This document shows, in pieces, positions 24,467-31,258 of a stretch of DNA of 44,936 nucleotides (position 1 is its first letter; every line of letters begins with the position of its first letter). The stretch covers positions 1 through 44,936 of the IMG/VR virus record IMGVR_UViG_3300045988_042992. One strand, given 5' to 3'. Position numbers and translations under genes: made by a program. The notes beneath the pieces were generated by a model. That model was not told the origin of the DNA and searched no databases. It was given only the letters and a program-made list of their open reading frames with translations. This DNA comes from a virus.

Positions 24467-26122
24467 TTAAAATGGCCGCTTGAACACTTCCACTTTGCCG
24501 CCCACTCGCATCCGGATTTCGTTCTCAAGCAGGGACAGGGCATCCGGTGCGTCATCGTGCGGCACTTTGCCGCTCCGGGTGTAAGTGGTGACTTCCTTCA
24601 TGAAATTGAAGTACTGGCTGCCCCGCTTATAGGTGGACGGATGCTTGAACCAGAAGTGTTTCTTGATGTTGTCGGACGCAAATTCAATTCGCGTCTGTTT
24701 GTTGGAAATGGTCCTTTTTGTACGTATTCCAACGCTATATCCACGCTGCCGGACGATTTCCGCAACGTCTCTGGCGTAATACATGCCCGCGTTGTTGCTT
24801 TCAAACAGCGCGTCCGCAACGCGGTTGTCGATCAGGCACCTGGCGCATTCTGGCTTTGTGACGTCCGGTGGAGAATCATCAAACACCACGTCCACGATAT
24901 ACACTTCATCCCCGTACAGCGCCGCAACGGGAAGGGCGGTGCTGTCGCTTCCGCTTTCTGCGGTGTCGCACACGGCAATAACGGCGTCCGGATCACGGCC
25001 TGTGGGGAGTTCAAAGAAATAATTCAGCTCATCCTTGTTAAAAAGCAGCCCCTTTGCTTCAAAGGGCTGCTGCTGGAATTCACTCTCAAATTGCTCCGCG
25101 CTCAAAAGCTCCCTCTGTTCGCGGAAATACGCTGTAGTAAACACCTTTTTCCCGTCCCGTTCGTATTCGTAGTTACTCTCGTCCGTAACGGGGTCAAGTG
25201 CTGGTATTTCAATGGCTTTCCACGCCCAGCCGCCTTTTTGTGCTTCCTCTTGGAGGTGGCCGATGGGGTCATACAGGGAATATCGGGTCCCCGTGGCGAC
25301 AATGGGGGTTCCCTCAATGGCTCGGCCCAGGATATCGCCGGATATGATCTCCCACTTATCGTCCAGTCTCTGGCGGTTTTTTGCTTCCTCGCGTCCCTCT
25401 ACGCAGTCATCCAGATATAGGACGTTCGTAGCCTCCGACAAGCCCACTTGTCTTGCGTCAATGGATCGGCACATGACTGTGGGGAAGCGGGATTTTGACC
25501 GCAGATTCAGTATCTTTGTGTCCGCATTGGTCTGCACCAGCGGAGAATTGGGAAAAACGTCATAGAATAAATATTCATTTGGCGTTTGCAGATACTCCAG
25601 GCACCCGGAATAAAAGCTTTTCACCAGATCGTCCCCCGTCCCTTCCATTAGGGACGACTTGTCCGGTTCCCGCCCAGACAGAAAATTGACGAAATTGATG
25701 CCCAACTGGGATTTCCCGGCGCGTTTTGGCATCGACAGCGTCAACAGCCGCAGTTTTCCGTCCAAAACCTCCTGATACGCCGCCACAATAGGCCGCAGAT
25801 AATGCCGCCTAGGTGCGTAGAACTTCTTCTCCGGCTTGCGGTTCATCTCGATATACAGCAGAAACGTGTCGAAATCGTGCGGTGCGTCAAAGCACATGGC
25901 CTTTTTGTACACGTCAAACAGAGAATCCGCCGCCTTTGCGTTGCATGTGTGCAGGGCCGCAGAACTCATTTTTCGCAAATCCTTGCTCAGCTCATGGGCC
26001 AGGGTGAAATCATCCGGTTCCAGTTGTCGGCATACGGACAGAAGGTCCATGTACGGCACGTGGTCGAACGGATTCCGCGCAATATGCTGTTTTATGCGTT
26101 CTGATAGTTTTGCGTAGTCCAT
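24467..26122 (-). CDS. terL: Terminase large subunit
   Basis: Walker A-like MPKRAGKS, Walker B VLYLDD, and nuclease motifs CDTAESG and HDDAPDALS. Confidence 0.9.
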   Translation of the reverse strand: MDYAKLSERIKQHIARNPFDHVPYMDLLSVCRQLEPDDFTLAHELSKDLRKMSSAALHTCNAKAADSLFDVYKKAMCFDAPHDFDTFLLYIEMNRKPEKKFYAPRRHYLRPIVAAYQEVLDGKLRLLTLSMPKRAGKSQLGINFVNFLSGREPDKSSLMEGTGDDLVKSFYSGCLEYLQTPNEYLFYDVFPNSPLVQTNADTKILNLRSKSRFPTVMCRSIDARQVGLSEATNVLYLDDCVEGREEAKNRQRLDDKWEIISGDILGRAIEGTPIVATGTRYSLYDPIGHLQEEAQKGGWAWKAIEIPALDPVTDESNYEYERDGKKVFTTAYFREQRELLSAEQFESEFQQQPFEAKGLLFNKDELNYFFELPTGRDPDAVIAVCDTAESGSDSTALPVAALYGDEVYIVDVVFDDSPPDVTKPECARCLIDNRVADALFESNNAGMYYARDVAEIVRQRGYSVGIRTKRTISNKQTRIEFASDNIKKHFWFKHPSTYKRGSQYFNFMKEVTTYTRSGKVPHDDAPDALSLLENEIRMRVGGKVEVFKRPF

Positions 26123-26138
26123 GCGGCCTCCATTTTTG

Positions 26139-26176
26139 CATAAAAAGAGACGGGTTCCCGAAAGAACTCGTCTCTT
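26139..26176 (-). terminator. Intrinsic terminator after the lipoprotein gene, immediately upstream of terL
   Basis: The minus strand reads AAGAGACGaGTTCtttcggGAACcCGTCTCTT followed by TTTAT. Confidence 0.7.
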
Positions 26177-26194
26177 CTATTTTGCTTGTATAGG

Positions 26195-26659
26195 TTACTC
26201 GCCCACGTTGATTGTGATCGTGTCAGAGGTCTCGTTGAAATCAGCGGTCAGTTTGAACTCAAGCGTTTTGACCTCGGAAATGTCGGACAGGCCAGCCTTT
26301 TCAAGGTAGAAAAACATGGAATAATTGATGTTTTTCCCGCCCTGCATTGTTGCGGGGACTCCGCCCAGATATTGGACCATCGTATCATTCACAGAGCTGT
26401 CCTGCGGATATACCGTAATTTCCTGGTCCGTCTTGTTCTCGAATTTCATCTGGATGTAGCAAACACCCGGCACGGAATCCAGTTCCGTGATGCCCAGGTA
26501 CGTTGCCTTGAACGTCTGGCCGTCATACACGACCTTCTCAACGGTCTGACCTCCGGTCTCGCCGTCATCCGGTTGGTCCACGGTGCCTCCGCACCCGACC
26601 ATAGCAATTGCCGCCACCATGATGGCAAGCAGCACTGCCCACACTCTCTTTGCTCTCAT
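26195..26659 (-). CDS. Lipoprotein (signal peptide + lipobox MVGC)
   Basis: MRAKRVWAVLLAIMVAAIAMVGC-GG. GGAGG lies 9 nt upstream of the ATG at 26659. The mature domain is beta-rich. Confidence 0.8.
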   Translation of the reverse strand: MRAKRVWAVLLAIMVAAIAMVGCGGTVDQPDDGETGGQTVEKVVYDGQTFKATYLGITELDSVPGVCYIQMKFENKTDQEITVYPQDSSVNDTMVQYLGGVPATMQGGKNINYSMFFYLEKAGLSDISEVKTLEFKLTADFNETSDTITINVGE

Positions 26660-26704
26660 TTTCCTTTTCCTCCACATTTATTTTCTCCCGGGTGGCCGGG
26701 GGAA

Positions 26705-27277
26705 TTACTTCATCTCGCCGGATTCGTATTCCTTAACACGCCGGTAGAATGTGTTCGGCTTCAGTCCCAAATGACCCATAGCCGCTTTGGCGGTGATATG
26801 GCCCGATTTCCAAAGGTCGTATTCCTGTTCAAACTTCTTCCTGTCCACCGGGATAGCCTGACGGCCTACATACTCGCCGCGCTCCTTTTTCGCATCGATG
26901 CCCTCTTTCTGCCGGGATTTGATATAATCACGCTCCAGCTGGCTCACTGCCGCAAATACCGTCAGCATAAATTTGCCCGCCGGGGTGGTGGTATCTATCT
27001 TTTCCTTCTGTGATTCAAATTGTACACCCTTCTCTGTCAGTTGGTCAACAAGGTTTAGCAAATCGCGCGTATTTCTTGCAAACCGGCTGATCTCGCTCAC
27101 AACCACGGTATCGCCCTCGCGCACAAACGCCAACAGCTTCTTCAGTTCTGGCCGGTCAGTATTTTTGCCGCTACACTTGTCTACAAACAGCTTCTCCGCG
27201 CCGAGCGCTTCCATCGTGATTTCCTGCCTTGCTGTGTTTTGCTCTTTCGTTGACACACGGACGTATCCTACTTTCAT
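26705..27277 (-). CDS. Small serine recombinase (resolvase/invertase family)
   Basis: MKVGYVRVSTKEQ (catalytic Ser motif), ...VVSEISRFARNTRDLL..., and a C-terminal HTH ...HLGLKPNTFYRRVKEYE. SD AAAGGAGGG. Confidence 0.9.
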   Translation of the reverse strand: MKVGYVRVSTKEQNTARQEITMEALGAEKLFVDKCSGKNTDRPELKKLLAFVREGDTVVVSEISRFARNTRDLLNLVDQLTEKGVQFESQKEKIDTTTPAGKFMLTVFAAVSQLERDYIKSRQKEGIDAKKERGEYVGRQAIPVDRKKFEQEYDLWKSGHITAKAAMGHLGLKPNTFYRRVKEYESGEMK

Positions 27278-27299
27278 TTTTCGTCCCTCCTTTGCCGTG

Positions 27300-27328
27300 A
27301 TTATATCACGTCTGCAAGGGTGTGTCAA
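27300..27328 (-). promoter_or_regulatory. Perfect consensus promoter TTGACA-17-TATAAT with extended -10 and an A-rich UP-like tract, for recombinase+lipoprotein
   Basis: Minus-strand TTGACA (27323-27328) and TATAAT (27300-27305), with TG at -15/-14. A second overlapping TTGACA lies 8 bp upstream. Confidence 0.75.
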
Positions 27329-27458
27329 TATGTCAATTTCAGTTTATGCAATGCGCAGGTATTTTTTTCTCTTTTGTTTTTTGCGGGCATTTTGAGGCTT
27401 ACCCGGCCCCGCTCCCGCCCACGATATCCCCCACCCCCGCCCGGCCACGCCTCCCGCG

Positions 27459-27507
27459 CATGGCAAAAGGTATACCCATGCGCAACACCGGCGGCGCGTT
27501 GCGCATG
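27459..27507. promoter_or_regulatory. Overlapping palindromes built on GCGCATG half-sites
   Basis: GCGCATGG-N12-CCATGCGC (27459-27486) and CATGCGCAAC-N11-GTTGCGCATG (27477-27507). These are candidate protein-binding (res-like or operator) sites. Confidence 0.45.
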
Positions 27508-27554
27508 CCTTGCAAATAATCCATTGCAATATTGCAAAATTGCTAATTAAGGTA

Positions 27555-27583
27555 TTGACATACTGCCCCCATCGTGATATTAT
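27555..27583 (+). promoter_or_regulatory. Consensus promoter TTGACA-17-TATTAT with extended -10 for the four-gene cassette
   Basis: TTGACA at 27555-27560, TATTAT at 27578-27583, TG at 27575-27576. It is followed by a roughly 140-nt GC-rich leader. Confidence 0.75.
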
Positions 27584-27731
27584 ATCAGCGTAGAGAGAGG
27601 GCCGCGCCGGTTACAGCCTACCAAGCCCCGGAGCAGCCCCCACACCAGACCAGAGGCCCAGCGCGTACAGTGTACCACGCCCGGGCTACCTGGTCAAGAG
27701 ATAGGGCCAGCAAAAGGCCGGGAGGTATATT

Positions 27732-28127
27732 ATGATGGATATCAATTATAGCGCGGTGCGTGAGCAGATCAAGGCCACGCCAGCCCGCAGCGCATGGCGG
27801 CGCGGTGTCTCCGCTTACGCGCTGGAGCTGCTGGACAGCGTAGCCGGTCGCGCGGCTTATGAGGGTCACGGCCCCGAGGATGTCGCCCAGCTCCGCAAGT
27901 GGATGTTGGACGGGGCCAGGGACTGGAGCGAGTACAGTTACGGCGGTTGCTCCCTGGTGTATGACGGAGACATTGCCGAGCGGCTATGCACACCCTCCGA
28001 GCTGCGCAAGACTCGCGGCGGCGAGCGCAACCCGAATTGTCGGGAGTCCTGGCTGGATGTCCAGGCCCGCGCCCTGTATTGCGCGGCCTGCGCTGTCGTC
28101 ACCGCTTGCAAGGAGGTGCGGCAATGA
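27732..28127 (+). CDS. Hypothetical protein (131 aa), cassette gene 1
   Basis: ORF track; SD GGGAGG. ...SAWRRGVSAYALELLD...GGCSLVYDGDIAERLCTPSEL... is weakly remembered from conjugative-element cargo. Confidence 0.65.
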   Translation: MMDINYSAVREQIKATPARSAWRRGVSAYALELLDSVAGRAAYEGHGPEDVAQLRKWMLDGARDWSEYSYGGCSLVYDGDIAERLCTPSELRKTRGGERNPNCRESWLDVQARALYCAACAVVTACKEVRQ

Positions 28128-28399
28128 GCGCTAACGAGATTGCCGCCAAGGTGCAAGAGCTTAGGGAGCTGCGCCGCATGGCTGACGAGCTGTCCGCAGA
28201 GATTGACAGCTTGCAAGACTCCATCAAGCAGCACATGGACGCCGCCGGGGTTGATACCCTGGCGGGCCTGGATTACAAGATCACCTACAAGGCCGTTACA
28301 TCGGCCCGGCTGGACTCTAAGGCCCTCAAGGCCGATCAGCCAGATCTGTACGCCAAGTACACCAAGCAGACCACGGCGCGCCGGTTTTGCCTCGTCTGA
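28124..28399 (+). CDS. Hypothetical coiled-coil protein (91 aa), cassette gene 2
   Basis: AAGGAGG start at 28124, with ATGA overlap with gene 1. Confidence 0.6.
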   Translation: MSANEIAAKVQELRELRRMADELSAEIDSLQDSIKQHMDAAGVDTLAGLDYKITYKAVTSARLDSKALKADQPDLYAKYTKQTTARRFCLV

Positions 28400-28411
28400 G
28401 GGGGTGCCGGA

Positions 28412-28486
28412 TTGCTATCTATCTTGTTACTGATCATCTGGTTTCCGCTGGCCGTCCTGGCCGACGTGGTCCGCAAGTCCAAGTAA
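28412..28486 (+). CDS. Possible 24-aa hydrophobic peptide (TTG start)
   Basis: Hand translation gives (M)LSILLLIIWFPLAVLADVVRKSK after GAGGGGG. Confidence 0.3.
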   Translation: MLSILLLIIWFPLAVLADVVRKSK

Positions 28487-28530
28487 TCAACCATCTGACA
28501 GGGGCAGAGCCCCGGAAAGGATATGTCACC

Positions 28531-28728
28531 ATGACATATGTAGACGCTATCAAGGCCGGATATAAGACGGCAGACACCAAGTACCAGCGCGGATATGTTA
28601 GCCGCCTGGCAGACCCCGACGCGCAGCCGGTACACGCTGCCGGGGGCAATCGCAAGGGCCAGCTGTATGTGCTGCTCCCCTGCTATTGCAGCACTCAATA
28701 CTGCATCCGGCAGTATCTCTATAGATGA
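28531..28728 (+). CDS. Hypothetical protein (65 aa), cassette gene 4
   Basis: MTYVDAIKAGYKTADTKYQRGYVSRL...; followed by a terminator. Confidence 0.55.
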   Translation: MTYVDAIKAGYKTADTKYQRGYVSRLADPDAQPVHAAGGNRKGQLYVLLPCYCSTQYCIRQYLYR

Positions 28729-28744
28729 CCTTCCAGGCAACAGG

Positions 28745-28779
28745 CCGCCCCGGAGCTATTCCGGGGCGGTTATTTTTTT
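28745..28779 (+). terminator. Rho-independent terminator of the four-gene cassette
   Basis: CCGCCCCGGA-gctat-TCCGGGGCGG followed by TTATTTTTTT. A second hairpin, CCCGCAAA-ggcg-TTTTGCGGG, follows at about 28785-28806. Confidence 0.85.
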
Positions 28780-29144
28780 GCCCTGCCCGCAAAGGCGTTT
28801 TGCGGGCTTTTGGCGTTGGGTGGTATTGTGGGATACCGCCGCCAATGCAACATGCTGTGCGCGGCGTTTTAGCGTGGTTTGCGGGGGTGTTGTGGTATAG
28901 TGTGTTTGCGCGGTGTGTGGCTGCCCCGTTTTTCCCGCCTTGATCGTGGCGGCGTGGGCGCGTCCGGGCCCGTTGGATATGGCACCGCCGCAAATCGTAT
29001 TGACAGGCCCCGCGATGCTGCGGTGCTGGGGCATAATCCCGGGCGAGACAGTGCGCGCCGTCCGGCTCAGGGCGCGGCTGGCAGAAAAGGCGGGGAGTTG
29101 GTCAAGCGGCTGTGCGCATGCGCTCAATCTGGCGGATTCGCGCC

Positions 29145-29282
29145 GAAAGTCGCTGCGAAAGTCGCCCGGTTTTGCGTGAAAGTCGCTGATAGTCGCTAAA
29201 CCGTGTATAAACCCGGGAAAAACGTTGCCCCTACTCCGAAAGTTGCTGAATAGTCGCTAAGAAAATCAGGTTTCATAGTCGC
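29145..29282. repeat. Cluster of seven (G)AAAGTCGC / ATAGTCGC direct repeats at the 3' end of terS; pac-site or TerS-binding candidate
   Basis: GAAAGTCGC at 29145, 29157 and 29178; GAAAGTTGC at 29238; ATAGTCGC at 29189, 29250 and 29275. Two composite units, CGAAAGTyGCTGA(A)TAGTCGCTAA, lie about 60 bp apart. Confidence 0.5.
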
Positions 29283-29916
29283 AAGACGCCGCTTCGATGT
29301 ACTTCTTCTGAAGTTCTTCGGGCGGCGTTTCTGTTCCAAGGGGATTGTTGGGCGTGAGAACGACCTCTTGTTTGTCGGTCATGCCGAAAAAGTTCTTCGC
29401 GCGGAAAATGTACGTAATCTGCGGAATTTTCCCCTGTGAGACCAGTTTTGCGTCGATTCCGGCCAGAATTTGTTTGGCTTTTTTTATCATGCCAGCCCTC
29501 ACGGGGCCCAACGATCCCTTTTGCCAGTCCAAAACCGTTTGAGTTACGGCCCCGAGAGCGAGGCACATATCCTCCACCGTGGGGATTTGTCCTTCCTCTA
29601 CACACTGTTGGAAATAGTCGTTAAGCTTATCGGCGCATTCCTCATCAGTTTTTACGCACGACCTCTTAAAGTATTGGAATGATTCCCTAACGATTTGTGA
29701 AATCTCTTCATTTGTTGCAGTACACCTGGCCGTAACAGATGCTGATGCCGCTCCCCTGGTGTGTGAGATGGCATTCTCTCCGCGCTCTTGTACGATGATC
29801 TTGCGGATAGTCGGCTCGGACAGCCCGTTTTGTTTTGCCACAGTCGCTATATGCTTACATGCGTCATAGTCGGCAAGGACTTGCTCTCTCATAGCTTGCG
29901 TGATTTTACTTGCCAT
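29266..29916 (-). CDS. terS: Terminase small subunit
   Basis: N-terminal HTH (...ATVAKQNGLSEPTIRKII). The central ...IPTVEDMCLALGAVTQTVLDWQKG... and ...YIFRAKNFFGMTDKQE are typical of Terminase_2-type small subunits. Confidence 0.8.
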   Translation of the reverse strand: MASKITQAMREQVLADYDACKHIATVAKQNGLSEPTIRKIIVQERGENAISHTRGAASASVTARCTATNEEISQIVRESFQYFKRSCVKTDEECADKLNDYFQQCVEEGQIPTVEDMCLALGAVTQTVLDWQKGSLGPVRAGMIKKAKQILAGIDAKLVSQGKIPQITYIFRAKNFFGMTDKQEVVLTPNNPLGTETPPEELQKKYIEAASCDYET

Positions 29917-30154
29917 CTATGTCACCTTCTTCCCGTCTTAACATATTTGGGGTGATTTCAAAAAATCCGTCACACTCCGGGCACCTGACATACGCATCTG
30001 CCGGTCGGACAATCATTCTACCGGTCATGTAGCCGCGCTCAACATTTTGAACGTATTGAACTTCGCTTCTCGGATTGAACTCAAATATGCACCCGCACGT
30101 TGGGCATTCTGCCCGGGCAAATTTATCTTGTTTCCCGTGCTTAATGATTTTCAT
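29906..30154 (-). CDS. Zinc-ribbon protein (82 aa)
   Basis: CPTCGC ... CPEC; SD AGGAGGAG. It overlaps the terS start by 11 nt. Confidence 0.65.
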   Translation of the reverse strand: MKIIKHGKQDKFARAECPTCGCIFEFNPRSEVQYVQNVERGYMTGRMIVRPADAYVRCPECDGFFEITPNMLRREEGDIDGK

Positions 30155-30335
30155 GACTCCTCCTGTTTATGTGCCGCGCTCCCACCTCTGCGCTATGTAT
30201 GGCACAAGTTCACCCGCCCAATTGGGCACTCCTATGTGTTGCCGTATGCCCGCAGAGGGGCTGTGTTATGCAGAAACTCGGGGGGGCTCCCGCTTCATCA
30301 CACCGTTTTTTCGTCCGGTCGGGGGCCCCCGTTGT

Positions 30336-30409
30336 TGGCAAAGGCGAGTGGAATCGAACCACTATCTTCGGTTTTGGAGACCGCCGCGTTACCATTACAC
30401 CACGCCCTT
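30336..30409 (-). tRNA. tRNA-Trp (anticodon CCA)
   Basis: Hand fold: AAGGGCG-TG-GTGT-AATGGTA-ACGC-G-GCGGT-CTCCAAA-ACCGA-AGAT-AGTGG-TTCGATT-CCACT-CGCCTTT-G-CCA. It closely parallels bacterial tRNA-Trp. Confidence 0.85.
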
Positions 30410-30502
30410 TGGAACGGGCGGCTGGAGTCGAACCAGCGACCAAGGGTATTCAATCGCATATCCCTTCACGCGATAAAGCTCTGCCGACTGAGCTACGCCC
30501 GC
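30410..30502 (-). ncRNA. Aberrant 93-nt tRNA-like element (normal acceptor, D and T arms; anticodon arm replaced by a possible pseudoknot)
   Basis: GCGGGCG-TA-GCTCAGTCGGCAGAGC ... GCTGG-TTCGACT-CCAGC-CGCCCGT-T-CCA. The internal 40 nt can form ATCGC/GCGAT interleaved with AAGGG/CCCTT. Confidence 0.5.
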
Positions 30503-30969
30503 ATTTGCTCGGCTTGCCGCTTAGATTGTCACTCCTCATGCGCGCTTGAAGCCCCGCAAGCATTTCAAGCGGCCACACATTGGCTATCGCAAGGGGGACG
30601 CATCCCCACGGCAGTTTTCAGCGGCCATTGTCATTTGCATGTGAGCCATGCCGGACGGTCTCACATTGTCCGGGCGCTACCCGGCCTCTGGTACCACACC
30701 GCGCTGCGCCTTTTCATCAGCCACGCACTGTTTTTGCGGATTAACTGTCCGCCGCTATCCGGATAGCTTGTGCGTACTTAACTTCTCGCGCTTCCTCGCC
30801 CGCTTGTGTGGTTGGTGCGGCATTGCAGTCCTGCCCTGCTTTAGCGCTTCAGGGGAAGCCCCCGTCACTCGCTGTGGTCTCCCACTACGGGGTACCTATG
30901 CCGCATATATGTCCGGTTTCCACGGTTACCCCACTTGTTTATACTCCGTTGGTGACTCCGTTTAGAGTT
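30503..30969 (-). ncRNA. Candidate large structured non-coding RNA between phage tRNAs (ROOL/GOLLD-class hypothesis)
   Basis: This 467 nt has no credible ORF and is flanked by co-oriented tRNAs. It is dense in GC-rich hairpins (e.g. GGGG-gctt-CCCC, GCGGA-cagttaa-TCCGC, CCGGG-tagcg-CCCGG, GGGGA-tgcg-TCCCC, GCTTGAA...TTCAAGC). Confidence 0.45.
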
Positions 30970-31044
30970 TGGCGCAGGCGGCTGGAGTCGAACCAGCACA
31001 TACGGGAGTCAAAGTCCCGTGCCTTACCTTTTGGCTACACCCGC
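30970..31044 (-). tRNA. tRNA-Gln (anticodon TTG)
   Basis: Hand fold: GCGGGTG-TA-GCC-AAAAGGTAA-GGC-A-CGGGA-CTTTGAC-TCCCG-TATGT-GCTGG-TTCGACT-CCAGC-CGCCTGC-G-CCA. The D-arm is Gln-like. Confidence 0.88.
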
Positions 31045-31082
31045 ATAAAAACAGACACCCGCGAGATATCCCGTGAGTGTCT
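31045..31082 (-). terminator. Intrinsic terminator directly upstream of tRNA-Gln
   Basis: The minus strand reads CAGACAC...GTGTCTG (an extended imperfect stem) followed by TTTTTAT. Confidence 0.6.
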
Positions 31083-31087
31083 GCATG

Positions 31088-31135
31088 CCGGTAACACCCT
31101 TGCGGGGCCGCTTGCGCGGAGGCACCCATTACCGG
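31088..31135 (-). ncRNA. Structured leader element: 7-bp closing stem enclosing two hairpins, each capped by a GCAA tetraloop
   Basis: CCGGTAA-...CCGC-gcaa-GCGG...CCC(C)-gcaa-GGG(T)...-TTACCGG on the minus strand. Confidence 0.45.
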
Positions 31136-31221
31136 CCGTGCCTTAACCTATGGAGGAAAGAAAGAGGAGAAAAATGAAATTTCGGGTTGTGGGCTGACTG
31201 GTTCCACTCTCCGATGATACT

Positions 31222-31230
31222 ATTTTAGCA
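31222..31230 (-). promoter_or_regulatory. Extended -10 promoter element TGCTAAAAT with a poor -35 (activator-dependent late-promoter candidate)
   Basis: Read on the minus strand about 30 nt after the stop of the RinA/ArpU-like gene. Confidence 0.4.
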
Positions 31231-31258
31231 CGTTTTTATGTGCCTAATGGGCCAACTT

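Larger units (their letters stand above)
26123..29265. mobile_element. Accessory island inserted between terL and terS (serine recombinase, lipoprotein, four-gene cassette, own promoters and terminators)
   Basis: terS (29266-29916) and terL (24467-26122) are separated by 3.1 kb of unrelated cargo. The cargo has two divergent consensus promoters and three intrinsic terminators. No boundary repeats were found. Confidence 0.45.

Noticed and set aside
27329-27731. Invertible promoter switch controlled by the adjacent serine recombinase
   Set aside because: I could not find flanking inverted repeats of useful length around the promoter segment. Only local palindromes are present. It is kept as a test suggestion, not a claim.
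28756-29127. Minus-strand ORF of 123 aa in the gap between the cassette terminators and terS
   Set aside because: Its composition is Ala/Thr/Pro/Gln-rich, it has no SD, and no neighbour is coupled to it. I treat the region as non-coding; it may hold packaging signals.
30336-31044. Suppressor tRNAs indicating stop-codon recoding (Gln and Trp are the residues used in TAG- or TGA-recoded phages)
   Set aside because: The anticodons read directly are the standard TTG and CCA, not CTA or TCA. Large genes such as terL, portal and the tape measure gene have no in-frame stops.
30047-31146. ORFs 30047..30766, 30075..30476, 30169..30549, 30648..30965 and 30808..31146 in the tRNA region
   Set aside because: They run antisense through tRNA genes, have Cys/Arg/Pro/His-rich unnatural composition and lack SD sequences. 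The region is better explained as RNA genes.
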